Assembly (NCBI GenBank): GCA_036785375.1
Contig: JAWMAR010001270.1
Location: 1 to 64,000, forward strand
Direction: 5' to 3'
Source: Leucoraja ocellata
Taxonomy: Eukaryota
Length of the DNA: 64,000 nt
Under the pieces are notes generated by a model. That model did no database searches. It worked only from the letters and a program-made list of their open reading frames with translations, and was not told the origin of the DNA. The translations under genes and the position numbers were made by a program. Positions within the stretch are counted from its first letter, which is position 1. Every line of letters starts with the position of its first letter. Below, one piece after another: positions 24,735 to 36,780 of the stretch.

Positions 24735-25040
24735 CTACCGAAGTCTATTCGACCAGAGTGTCCCAATTCCCTGCCATCTTGGACGTTGGCGGCGGTGAAC
24801 ATGCTATCATGTATTGCACATTTCCAATATCGAAAGACACTATTGGCGTTAATTGGTGGAGGGACGGCATGAAGACATTCCTTGAACCGGACAGTAGAAA
24901 ACAATTTACGATAGATTCTGGAAGGGAAATATTTACTCTCCAACATGTGCGTGTCGCTGACTCCGGTCTGTATTACTGTCAAGTAAAGTTCCAGCATCAG
25001 GTTATCGGGAATGGAAGTGGCAGCCTGATCACCGTATTTG
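24735..25040 (+). CDS. Gene B exon 2: VJ-type Ig V domain
   Basis: Acceptor ttccccgacag|, donor G|GTGAGT, 306 nt. Motifs MYC, VNWW, DSGLYYC and GNGSGSLITV. Confidence 0.92.
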
Positions 25041-27060
25041 GTGAGTGTGTGTGTTAGGGAAATAAGCAATTTTCAGTTCTATGTCGTTTGTAAAGTCTAG
25101 TCGCGAGGATAATATGAAAAATCGCCTGTTGATAAATATCCAGTAATAACAATTTTAAATTACAGGGACCAGTAATTCAAAATGAAACAAAGCACAATGT
25201 ACATAATCACCAGGTCGAGTAGCACTTGTGGGACGCGTGGGTATTGAGGGTTATTCTGTTCATTGTACGATACTTTGCGAGACTCCTTTTCATTGCCACT
25301 ATGAATGGGCGCAGCCCATTCATTTAGCGGTCCCGAATTTTAAGCCAATCTCCCAGATGGATGTATCGTTAAGAACGGGTAAATGCTGAGATGGAAGGAA
25401 TTCATTCTGAGGTGTGGTTAGAAATGTTTTGCAATGAGATATTTAAATAATATTCCTGTTAGTTTGAGTGGCTGGAGTGTGATATCCAGGTTTCTCATCA
25501 CTAAGAAAAGAGATTAGGAGCAATTTTAATACGTCGATGGTAGAGTCTGTCATGCCTCTAATTCTACATCGACAGCTTTAGAACCTCATAAGACCAATGT
25601 GCTGCTGCAACCCAAGGACCTTGGTATTCCAACATGTGGGACTCATCGCTGCTGATTCCAAGCTACTTCAATTAAATCTTTTTTCTTTTTTTTGACATCG
25701 CTTGACACTAATTTTGTCAGGCATAACCTCAGTCTATTCAACCAATTTGGCACCGTACGGGGGAAAAAAGAAGTAAACAACATCTCAACTGAAATTATTT
25801 AAAGTCCGGGAATAAACAGTAACATTTATTTCATCGTTAAAGATTATCCTGATTAAGTGAATTAAGTCAAGCTTTCTAAAGATTTGTAATAAACGGACAA
25901 AGCAACCCAACAATCAACTCCCCGTCCAGTTAGACACCGGCTGCAGCTCGTACGGAAGGAGTTCGCGTTAATAAATGCCAAATATAGGGCCTTTTACGTG
26001 CAGACCTAACTGAGTAGAATCTGCACAGCGAGAAACAGAGCTTGTTCTTTTCCCTCGTTTGGCTTCTGCAAGCTATCATCATTAACGCCGATCTAGCGTT
26101 GTCGATTCACTGTCGCCAATTTGGCACAACAGATGGAACTGATTTGTATAGAGACACAAAATGCTGGAGTAACTCAGCGGGGCAGGCAGCATCTCTGGGT
26201 AGAAGGAATGAGTGACGTTTGGGGTCGATACCCTTCTTCAAACCTCGATCCGAAACGTCACCCATTCGTTATCCGAAGAGATGTTGTTGTTCGGTTTAAA
26301 CCAGCTTCTGTAGTTCTTTCCTACATACTGACAAAGAATAAGTGCGCTCGTAGATTGCTTGTAATATATACCACGGTGTTTCAATAAAAGCATTCAATGC
26401 GCGAGAAAGGTAGGTGTTCCAGCACTTGGTTCACATGCAGGTAAATGGTTGTGATCGGCATTTCAAACCCATATCTGGTTCTGGTTCTGGTTGATTACTG
26501 CGCAAACACCTCATGTGGTTATATCGTGCAGGTCGGAGTGAGTAGAGTAGAGTATAGTGATTAGGTGTTGAAGTGGGTGTTTTTGACCAGGGTGAGGAGA
26601 TTTAATCCATATACTACTTAAAATGCTAACGGGATTAATCATTAATCTTCATGTATAACCGCTTCCTGTCATCACACTATACAAATCTGTTATATTTCGA
26701 TTATGATGGCTCCATTTCTTTTCCAACATATGAATGATCCGAACATGGCCACTTTTAAATAATCACGGCAGGCTTCTGGCAAAAACTTTCGCGCGATACC
26801 GGGGAACGTCCATTCAGAACAGAGTTTATTTTGGAACTCCTTAAATTCTGTTGGCACTCCTTAAATTCCCCCTCTTTGTATCTTGGCGGAGTTCGCCCGG
26901 ATGTCCGCTAGGAAAGGGAGTATAAATGAACGACACACTGGGAAGTTTAAATATTAAATAATTTGGTATTGACAAATACGACTCGGTGGCGAGATAAAAT
27001 GTAAATATTTACAATGAAATGGAAAGCGAACACCCGATATTTTTTTTTTCTTTGCTTAAG

Positions 27061-27354
27061 ATCCCCCAACTCCCTTGACAATTGTTCCTGCTGAAGGACT
27101 TGGATCTCCACGGAAACTTGTGTGCAAAACTGGCGCCTTTTATCCGGAGAAATTAGAAATAATCTGGCTAAGAAATAACGAGGAAATTCGCACTGGAATC
27201 GAAACTGTGAAAAAACCGAGCGAAGAAGGATTGTTTGTGGCTTCTAGTTTTTTGGAAATAACGCAGCCTGGGGAGGGCAAAGATATTTACACCTGTCTGG
27301 TATCGCATGTCTCCCTGAAGGTGGCGGCCAGTTTCAGTTATACCCTGGGCCAAG
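27061..27354 (+). CDS. Gene B exon 3: Ig C1-set domain
   Basis: Poly-T acceptor ...ttgcttaag|, donor G|GTAAGA. Motifs LVCKTGAFYPE, IIW and YTCLVSHVSL. Confidence 0.92.
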
Positions 27355-27886
27355 GTAAGACTGGAGTCAGTTACACATGATATTGGGGCGGTAGATCAAA
27401 TTCGATCAGATTAATAACTGGACAGCTTTCCGTACACGGAGCGAAGGGTAAATGTGGCTCGCATTTATTCGCATGAAAGCATCACTTGCATGCTGTTTAA
27501 AATTAATTGTACTTCATCAGTTCTTGTAAGGAAATCCGTGTGAGATGAATTGACAAACTGAATTGATATAATGATTGTAATGAGCAAAAACGTCCTGGGA
27601 TATGCATATATCTACTGTCTGGTGAAATATATGAAGATAAAGCCTAAATTCCGTTTAACGTCAGTAAGCAGCTTTCCGCACATGGGCACAATACAACGGC
27701 AATTGCTTGTCCTGTGGATTCCATTACTAACTTCCATCTGGTGCCTCGTGGTATACCTTCCAAACTTTCCGATGTGGGTATTAAAATGCACCTACGAAAT
27801 GATTTACTTTGTTGACTGCCGTTTGTATATTTGTTCTGAAATGTATAAATTCTTTACAGTTTCTAAATTTTCTGTTAATCCACCAG

Positions 27887-27985
27887 GAATTGATCGCAAA
27901 CAGATTATCGTATATGCAGTAGGTGGATCAGTAATTTTAATTCTGATTATAATCGTGATAGGACTCGCCTTAAAGATATGGCACG
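27887..27985 (+). CDS. Gene B TM exon 1, neutral (GIDRKQIIVYAVGGSVILILIIIVIGLALKIWH)
   Basis: Acceptor aatccaccag|, donor G|GTAAGA, phase 1/1, 99 nt, hydrophobic. Confidence 0.8.
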
Positions 27986-28074
27986 GTAAGAATCTTGATA
28001 ATAATCATACAATAATAATTTCTATGGTTAAAACGAGAATGGATATGTCAATGGTGTTTGCTCACAGAGGAGCA

Positions 28075-28180
28075 CCGGAGTACTGATTGTGGATGATCAG
28101 CAATGATCACATTGAATGGCGGTGCTGGCTCGAAGGGCCGAATGGCCTACTCCTGCACCTATTGTCTATTTTCTATTGTC
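28075..28180 (+). mobile_element. CR1 3' UTR fragment
   Basis: ggatgatcagc...gaatggcggtgctggctcgaagggccgaatggcctactcctgc. Confidence 0.8.
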
Positions 28181-28835
28181 AGTCAAACACTGAATCTGAA
28201 TAGAAAATTATTTCATCTGCCCCACACCACCCTGGCATCACATATAACCCTTAAAGGTTCCTTCCAGTTTCAACTATTTGGTCAAACAAGGAAATGCAGG
28301 AAGCATTTTAAACGAATTCTACATCAGATTAGAAATACAGCTGCGTAGTTGTTCAAACACGAGAGATAGAAGTGTGAATTGTATTATTTATGATGAAAGA
28401 CCAACGTGCAAGCAGCTCAAAAACTAATACCTCATTCAATGCATCCCGACTGAGATGAATTACCAACTTGAATTTATGTGCGGCTTATTTCATGGTAAAC
28501 AATCGTGAGTATATAGGACTGCGCGGCCAGATTCGGCTCAATATCCATCTACAAATTTGTAGACGACACCACGGTTGTGAGCATGATCGCAGACAGTGGC
28601 ATGTGCGTGTGTCCCTAGTTCTCGAATTCACTCTTAACCCCCTCTTTTACATCACCCATTGCTAAAATACGTCCTTACATCTTCACGGTATCTGCACGCA
28701 TGTCCTATTATGTGGATCGATGACAAATTATGCTGTTTAATGGCTCTGCTTTTTTTTAAACTGATGTCTATTGCCTAGTGTAACAATATGAAAAAAATAA
28801 ATCTCTTCTTAACCTTAATCAATTATCCCCTACAG

Positions 28836-28852
28836 AAAGAGCTACTTTGTAA
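28836..28852 (+). CDS. Gene B possible short terminal exon after TM1 (ERATL*)
   Basis: Acceptor atcccctacag|, phase 1. Resembles the gene C terminal exon DRARNG*. Very short, so weakly supported. Confidence 0.3.
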
Positions 28853-29024
28853 AGTGACGCGTTTGCTTGATAATTAAAACATTAACCCATAATTGTTGCA
28901 ATATGTATTTCCTACAATATTTTTTGGTGGGTTGGAGCGTTACTTTTCAATGCTCTGCCTTATTAGCTTCTACTCCCTGTATAATTAATATGTCTTACGG
29001 TTTCTTATTTTTCACCTAATCCAG

Positions 29025-29126
29025 AATGTACCTATAAAATACTGATTCTCACACGTGCAGTGGGCGGGTTGGTAATTTTACTTTCGATTATAATTTTGAC
29101 CAGATTAGCATGGACGGCACAACATG
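29025..29126 (+). CDS. Gene B TM exon 2, Arg-containing (ECTYKILILTRAVGGLVILLSIIILTRLAWTAQH)
   Basis: Acceptor cctaatccag|, donor G|GTAAGA, phase 1/1, 102 nt. Clear nucleotide similarity to the gene A TM exon. Confidence 0.72.
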
Positions 29127-29436
29127 GTAAGAACCTTGGATTGTTCAGTTATTTCAATTGTATTTCTAGAAAAGAGAAAATATGCGTTTTTATTCGGAAT
29201 TAAACAGAACGTCCATAGTATTTATCTATTTTACAGTTGGCTATACCAATGTAAACAGTGCCTTAAAATGCAATGATTTCACCTTTCCATTCGAAGTATT
29301 CACTCCTCCCCTGAACCAATGCATTTTGAACACCTGAGTGTATTCACCGAAATGTGTCCCTCGTGACAAAACGAGAGGAAACCGAGCGTCCGAGAGCAAA
29401 GTAGCCAATTTCAATCTGTCCAAAGGGCCCTGCCGG

Positions 29437-29602
29437 CTAAGATTCTAAGATTAAGATTAAGATTCAATTTTAATTGTCATTGTCAGTGTACAGTACAGAG
29501 ACAACGAAATGCATTTAGCATCTCCCTTGAAGAGCGACATAGCAAACGATTTGAATAAATAATAATAAGTGTCGGGGGGGGGGGGGGGGGTGGTGATTGG
29601 CA
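29437..29602 (-). mobile_element. 3'-terminal fragment of a Rex1/Babar-like LINE flanked by 67-bp direct repeats (29363-29429, 29623-29689)
   Basis: Matches ~38468-38627. The flanking repeats differ at 2 positions. Confidence 0.85.
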
Positions 29603-30331
29603 AATCAAACTGACAAATCAAAGTGACAAAACGAGAGGAAACCGAGCGTCCGAGAGCAAAGTAACCAATTTCAATCTGTCCAAAAGGCCACAACCTGTGA
29701 TCCGACTGACAAATGGAAGTGTATCACTAAATTCAGAATGGGAATTTACACCATGGCCTTGACAGATGAAACTGGTTGCCAGCGATCAAACACAAATACA
29801 TCAAAACGGCTCTGTGCAATATTAGTACTTCACATGGATAGTATCCTATGTGTTTAAGAATTTAACGAATCTCTTAATCTGGCCTTCAATGTCGCCTGTT
29901 TGACGTTTGTTCCTTCTCCTTATGACCCCGTGGATTTATTCCGGGTGTTCCTGCTTTCTAGCACATCTCAAAGATGTGTGGAATGGCGGGTTAATTATCC
30001 CCTGTAATATGCTCATCTGGTAGAGGACTGCTAAAGTTTGGGGGCGCAGGGGAGGTTAATGACAATATGAAGAGAATAAAGTCGTATTTGGGTTAATGGG
30101 AGTTTGACGGTCGGCGCAGACTTGGATCCGCGTAACTACGACATAGTTCTGTGGACCAAGATCGGCTCATGTGAAAATCGAGAAAAATATTGATATAAAA
30201 TCCATATAACCTTTCTGCAAACTAAAATGTATAATTGTTGAGTACCTTAGAATGTTATTGGAAATAAAAACGATTGTTTTCCCGAGTCACTGAACGATGG
30301 ACTAATGGCCGATATGGAATTACTTCCACAG

Positions 30332-30442
30332 ACTAAAGGAGGGGGAGCCAACAAGCTGTTCCGCATCTTCCCAACTAATAACAAATCAACAATTAAGCAA
30401 AACGGCAAACACGCAAAGGTTTCAAAGAAAGCGAGAAGTTGA
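30332..30442 (+). CDS. Gene B terminal exon, paralogue of the gene A ITIM exon but lacking tyrosines (TKGGGANKLFRIFPTNNKSTIKQNGKHAKVSKKARS*)
   Basis: Acceptor and start cttccacag|actaaagga match the gene A ctttcacag|actaaagga, with ACTAAT upstream. The linking phase 1-to-0 exon was not confidently found. Confidence 0.5.
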   Translation, partial: TKGGGANKLFRIFPTNNKSTIKQNGKHAKVSKKARS

Positions 30443-30989
30443 GAAACAAAATACACTTCGTTTCTGTGGACTATAAGGAATTACGGGTTTGAAGTATTGT
30501 TCCTTTGTACCTACTGCATGCAGTCAAAACAACGATGGAGGTCACAGATACAGGAGAGGATAGTGAAACGTTCGTTTTCACATTATGCATTATGATAAAC
30601 TGCAGAAATTGTCGCTGAATATGTCAATTTACCGAGTGTTCAATGTCGAAAGCGATAGCAGTTTAAAGCGGATAGCAAAACTAAACACCTGCGCTAGTTT
30701 ATTTAGGATGCTTTCATACAACCTTACATATGGCGAAACTTCACGAACATTTCGCAACTCATTTCAAACCAAATGCCAATTAATTACATTTTAAAATGAA
30801 ATAACGTTCCATTCATTAAATCACTTGCTTTTGCAAATCAAGCCATGGTTTATAGTTCATCAGCTGTTATGAAATGCGACTGCGTGGAGACAAACTACAG
30901 AAGGAACTTTGTCGCTGAACCGACAGAAGGCACATTGGAAGTCAGAGCATTCAATACAGACGTTGGGAGGCCATGGTACAGTAGCATAA

Positions 30990-31620
30990 GAAACACAGAA
31001 ACATAGAAACATAGAAAATATGTGCAGGAGGAGGCCATTCGGCCCTTCGAGCCAGCACCGCCATTCATTGCGATCATGGCTGATCGTCCCCAATCAATAA
31101 CCCGTGCCTGCCTTCTCCCCATATCCCTTGATTCCACTAGTCGCTAGCCACCATCTAACTGTCTCTTAAATCCATCCAGTGATTTGGCCTCCACTGCCCC
31201 CTGTGGCAGGGAATTCCACAAATTCACAACTCTCTGAGTGAAAAAGTGTTTTCTCACTTCAGTCTTAAATGGCATCCTCTTTAAAACTGTGACCCCTGGT
31301 TCTGGACTCGCCCAACATTGGGAACATTTTTCCTGCATCTAGCTCGATCAGTCCTTTTATAATTTTATATGCTTCTATAATAATTCCCTCTCATCCTTCT
31401 AATCTCCAGTGAATACCTCTTTTCAATCTTTCCACATATGACAATCCCACCATCCCCGGGATCATCCTCGTGAACCTAGGCTGCACTGCCTCAATCACAA
31501 GGATGTCCTTCCTCAAATTAGGAGACCAAAACCGTACACAATACTCCAGATGTGGTCTTACCAGAGCCCTATACAACTGCAGAAGAACCTCTCTACCCCT
31601 ATACTGAAATCCTCTTGTTA
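30990..31620 (-). mobile_element. CR1 LINE 3' fragment
   Basis: (CATAGAAA)n tail on the + strand; RPHLEYCVRFWSP. Confidence 0.9.
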
Positions 31621-31791
31621 TGGAGCTATAGCAGGGTGACCAAATCTTCCTATCGTTCTGCATTATTTTTAATAAACGAGGCATTTAATAATACCTAGGC
31701 CCTGGGTCATTCGGGTATAAACATTCTCGCCAGCTGAGCTACTGTGTGTGTATGGACCTGCGTATTCATTTCAATGAGATTTATAAATAAA

Positions 31792-32908
31792 CTATACTAA
31801 GTGGGATCCGTTGGGTCCCTGTCACACAAGAGGCTTGGTTCCCCAAGGCAATATTGCATCACTCACCCATAGCCCCCAACTGCACGGGCGCAGCTCATTT
31901 CCCCTCATCCCTAGCACTCTCGCCCCTCCCCTTCACCCTCCCTCTTCATTCCCCTCTACTCATCCCCTCCACCACCCCCCCCCCCTTCACCTCTCTCTCC
32001 CTCTCCTTTCCCCTACCCTCAGTCATTCCCTCACTCCCTCCCTCCATAACTCCTCTCACTTCCCTAATCCCCTCCTCTCCCTCTATTTCCCCTCCTCCCC
32101 TACTCTCCCTCCTCACTTCTTCCCTCTCCTCCTACCCTCCCCCAAATTTTCCCTCGCCTCTCCTTGCCCCTACCCTCAGTCACTCTCTCCCTCCCTCCAT
32201 AACCCCTCCCCCCCCCCCTCTTCACCCACTCTCCCTCCCCAGGGTCTCGAGGTTGCCGCTCCTCTCCCTTCTTATGAGCCCTGGAGGAGCATCAGCCGTC
32301 GGCGTCCTCAGAGCCAGGCCTCGGATCGGCCCGGAAGCACCAGCAGCTGTGTCTGTGTACCAGCGTGTGGGCGGAGGGGGGAGAGATCAGAGAAAAGACG
32401 GGGGAAGAGTCATGGGGGAGAGGGGGTATCACGGGGAAGGGGGCAGGGTCCAGCGAGGGGAACGAGAGGGGAGGGGGCTGGAGCTGGGGGGCGTTGCGAT
32501 GGTGGTATGTATGGGACTCACAGTGGTCGCTGGACTTTCTCCTCCGCCGAGATCAGATTCACCACTTTCCATTTGGCGACGTCTGCCATGCAGCGCCGCT
32601 TCCGGTCCCTCCGAAAATGGTGTCCGGTTGGAGACCTCCGTCGGCCACCCACGGCGTCCCTCAGCTCCAGTAAAGACGCGATGGCGCAGGAAGGGGTGGA
32701 CCGTCCTGATGAGTGACAGGAAAAGAGACTATTTCCGCGCGGCGCTGACTGGCAGGAGAGGAGATCGATCTGCGCCTGCGCAGTTTTAAAGATTTTTATA
32801 TCTCGCTAACGTTTACAATAGGACAATAGCACAGGACAACGGTGAGTAAGAAAAATCATAGCACTGTCCCGTACCACTTTTGCGCAAATAGAAAAACTAG
32901 GCAAACCA
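31792..32908 (-). mobile_element. C/G-rich non-autonomous repeat, possibly Helitron-like, cut by the gap
   Basis: Low-complexity CT-rich then GA-rich tracts. Imperfect hairpin gggatcc-gtt-gggtccc (31803-31819) about 11 nt from an ATAG (CTAG-like) end on the minus strand. Confidence 0.3.
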
Positions 32909-33221
32909 NNNNNNNNNNNNNNNNNNNNNNNNNNNNNNNNNNNNNNNNNNNNNNNNNNNNNNNNNNNNNNNNNNNNNNNNNNNNNNNNNNNNNNNNNNNN
33001 NNNNNNNNNNNNNNNNNNNNNNNNNNNNNNNNNNNNNNNNNNNNNNNNNNNNNNNNNNNNNNNNNNNNNNNNNNNNNNNNNNNNNNNNNNNNNNNNNNNN
33101 NNNNNNNNNNNNNNNNNNNNNNNNNNNNNNNNNNNNNNNNNNNNNNNNNNNNNNNNNNNNNNNNNNNNNNNNNNNNNNNNNNNNNNNNNNNNNNNNNNNN
33201 NNNNNNNNNNNNNNNNNNNNN
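32909..33221. other. Assembly gap (313 N)
   Basis: Run of n characters. Confidence 1.
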
Positions 33222-36200
33222 AGTAGGCCACAGCGTACTGCAGGCTGCCCAAATCCACAATTGTATCTATTTAAATTATTGACTCAATACAGCACCAGCC
33301 TTCAAAACGCAAGAATGTCTGGAATGAGCCTGTCAATTATCAAATCCCCGGTATTAGCCTGTGTCACAGCCATTCAAATTCGATATTGATTAACACGAAT
33401 TACAAGCTGTGTGGTCAACCAATTTGAGACAGTCCTTACATTCCTATCTAAACAAACTTCCTGGATTGAAGGAAACAAGGAGAATCTGCTGTGTTGGGGA
33501 TAGGTTAGAAAGTTCAGATTGGATTCTAACAGGCTGGTTAAACTTTCGAGGTGGGTTGGCTTAAATAAAGATGCTGTCGCTTTAACCTCTGCTGTTGGTT
33601 CCAGACTGTCAGCACAAAGTTGGGAGCCAGGTCCGGTTGACCGGGCGGTGATAATTATGAGAATTTACAGCTATTTGAATGCAGCAAAACTAGAGGCTTC
33701 ACTCAGGAGTAGGTCGCACCTCCCCAGCTGATGGGCCCTTTTCTCGCTCTCTATCGCCCACCATATCAGGTGGGCAAACGCAGAGCCAACCCGTAATATG
33801 AGTGGGTGCATTTTCTCAGTCAGACTTTGTCGACAGTTGGGGTGGGGGATCTGGGAGAGAGAGAGCTGGTGATGCTGCACAGATGTAACAGTTTAATAAT
33901 GACCCATTAAAACCCACCCTTCAGCCATTCGGCAACCTGGGCTGATCTGATCTGACAGCACTCTCACTAGCTCGCCGCATGCCCAATCCTAATGCAGAGC
34001 CTCCACAAAACCTTTGGGCTTCAGGTAACACCAGCAGAAAGAGCCTCTGCTAACAAGGGCAGGCAATCTGTGCTGGTCAATGTGCACTGGGCGAGATGGC
34101 TGGGGGAAATGTACTGCAACCACCGCAAACTTGGAACAGCACAGACCCTCCACTCAATCTATCCAATACTAAAAGGTGGGCATTTCGCAGTTAAATGTCT
34201 TATATTGGATTGGAAGCTTCTTCACAGGGCCAACCCTTTACTCATTTTTCCTCTGAGATTAATCTTTGCCTGAATGGTACATTCACACCGCCTGTAGGTA
34301 AAGCATCAGCCCACATCACACCGATACAGTCGCTGCCTGCCTCAGATTAAATATATGTTTACACATAAATTATGAATAAGACAATGTTTCAAACAAGTAA
34401 TATTTTCTTATTTCAGTACATATTAAGGATTCAATGAAAATAATAAATTCTTTTTGAATATCTCACAATTGCAGATTAATGAACTGAACTAGAACTGGGA
34501 CTGTGTAAGTAGTGTGTGAACAACAGAACAAGAAAGGAAGAAAATGAGTTGACAGAATTCTAGATTAATTCCTTGGTAGAATAGTAAACGATTTATGCAC
34601 AGTTTATACAGTGCTGTGTTTGCTTTTATTATCCCGAATGACCTTTGACAAATCCCATAATTCCTTACGTTTATCAAGATACCGAACTCGCTTATCCTAC
34701 AAGGGATGCACAACCGAAACATAAGAATTACCTTTCAGGCAATTACAGTGCAATTGGGGAGATAGTTATACACATGAGAACCTCGTTACCGAGTTCCTAG
34801 CATGAAGAGTTATCCCAGATTTTCTCGATTCATCTGCGCAAACGATTGCTTTTCAATTTTAGACCGCAATGTATCTCAGGTCGAAAGTTTTCATCTGGTG
34901 AAAGGGAGGAGACCAAGCTCTATTTCTCACCCTTCCATGCAAAATTGAATCAAATCCATTATAAAAGGAGAATACTGGAAGTACTTAGTAAACCCACAAC
35001 ATCCGTGAAAACAGAGCATTCTATGTATTTATAATGGATTTTGTGTATCTGTTTGCTTAATCGAATCACATTATCAGTCTCTGTCATGTGATGGATCTTT
35101 ACTTTTGTTGTCTGGTGTGGTATAATGCTCATAATATTAACCAGAAAATGCACATTGTGATATTAGAAATTTGACAATAAGGCCGTAAAAGTTGTCTTCT
35201 GTGTCCTGGTTCTGTGGACCAGAAAGAACAAGCAGAATTTTCAATCCTCTCAGTCTAGTTACAGAGTGCATGCATGTACATTTCAGTTAAAGTCGAATCA
35301 CAGTTCAGTTAATGTCGAATACGAAAGGGTTAATAGAACAATGAACAACCAAGCTGCAAAAAAAAAACGAGGTCCTGCAGCCAAAAATACAATTTCAGCA
35401 AGGATTGGAATGAAGCACTAATTCCATTTGTCTGAGTATTCGCGGATTGCTTCGGTGTGAGAGATTCATACTCTCCAACCTTCTGGATGAAAAATTGCTT
35501 CCTGTTGAATGTTGAATGGCCCGATCTTATTTCCAAAATTACCTCTCACTCTGTGGATCCATCATCAGAAAAATAATTGCGATTTCATAACCTCCTACCT
35601 CTGCTGGAGGAGTGGGCTCCTCCTGGTGGCTTCACAGAATATTGCAGACGTTTATCACCTATCCCCAACATCATGAGTAAATTTCGCCAGCGAGAGAGGA
35701 TGTTGCAGAACTCTCTCGCTACCGACATTTCAGCACTCCCACATTCCTGAAGCGGATGATTGCATAGTACTCATCGTACTGCCCCTATCTGTATGTCATC
35801 TGCCAGGCTCAATTTGAAGAAGGGTTTCGGCCCGAAACGTTGCCTATTTCCCTCGCTCCATAGATGTTGCTGCACCCGCTGAGTTTCTCCAGCATTTTTG
35901 TCTACCTTCGATTTTCCAGCATCTGCAGTTCCTTCTTAAACAATTCACTTGATCTAATTTCATTCTACACTATAATTTATTATACTTTTTTTCTTCACAA
36001 TGACAATAGTTGAGCAAAACCACTTGGTCCTCTTATTCTTGCGTATGACGTGCACAGCCTAAAGTTGTAGGACAACTTGGTCTATTTAATCTTATTTGAT
36101 TTTGCACGCCAGATTGATTGCATTCATTGAAACAGAGCGGACCACGTGAAGGCTGCAATCTTCCGCCACTACCACTTGACCAAGTCATTAGGTTTATAGA

Positions 36201-36427
36201 ATATAAGAACGGTGAACTAATGGAGAAGAAGCACGTACATTGGGGAGTGGACATGGAATGGTGGAGCGGGGTGATGAGTCAAGTAACGCGAGGGGGGATA
36301 GAAAAGGTGAAAATGGGAGAGATACGCTGGGTGGACTTGTGCGAGTGAGAAAGACACACAGGGCCAGTGGGTTACATGTAAGTGGAAAGATCAGTGTTCA
36401 TGCCACTGAGTGGCATGCTCTGTCTAA

Positions 36428-36780
36428 GCGGTATGAACATTGACTTCTCTAACTTCAACTAACCATTGCTTTCCCTCTCTATCCATCCCTCCCCCTTCCC
36501 AGTTCTTCGACCAGTCTTCCTGTCTCCAACTACATTTTATCTTTGTTTGCTTTGTTGTTACCTTCTCTCGGCTAACAATGATCTATTCTACATTGCCCTT
36601 GATCTCAATTCCCTTTGCCCTGTTTCCACAACTTCAAACTTCCTTATCTATCTATATCCCTCCCCCGACGTCAGTCTGAAGAAGGTCTCGACCTGAAACG
36701 TTACTCATTCCTTCTCTCCAGAGATGCTACCTGTCCCTCTGAGTTACTCCAGCCATTCTGTGTCTATCTCTGGTTTATAG
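36428..36780 (+). mobile_element. Penelope-like 3' end carrying a hammerhead-ribozyme-like core at 36676-36702
   Basis: gcggtatgaacattgacttctc (GMNIDF) followed by CTGAAGA-aggtc-tc-gacct-GAAA-CGTT. Confidence 0.55.

Noticed and set aside
31811-32789. 300-aa Pro/Ser/Gly-rich ORFs
   Set aside because: Artefacts of low-complexity C-rich/G-rich sequence; several frames are open and no domain is recognisable.
32806-33282. ORFs spanning the N run
   Set aside because: They are open only because of the assembly gap.
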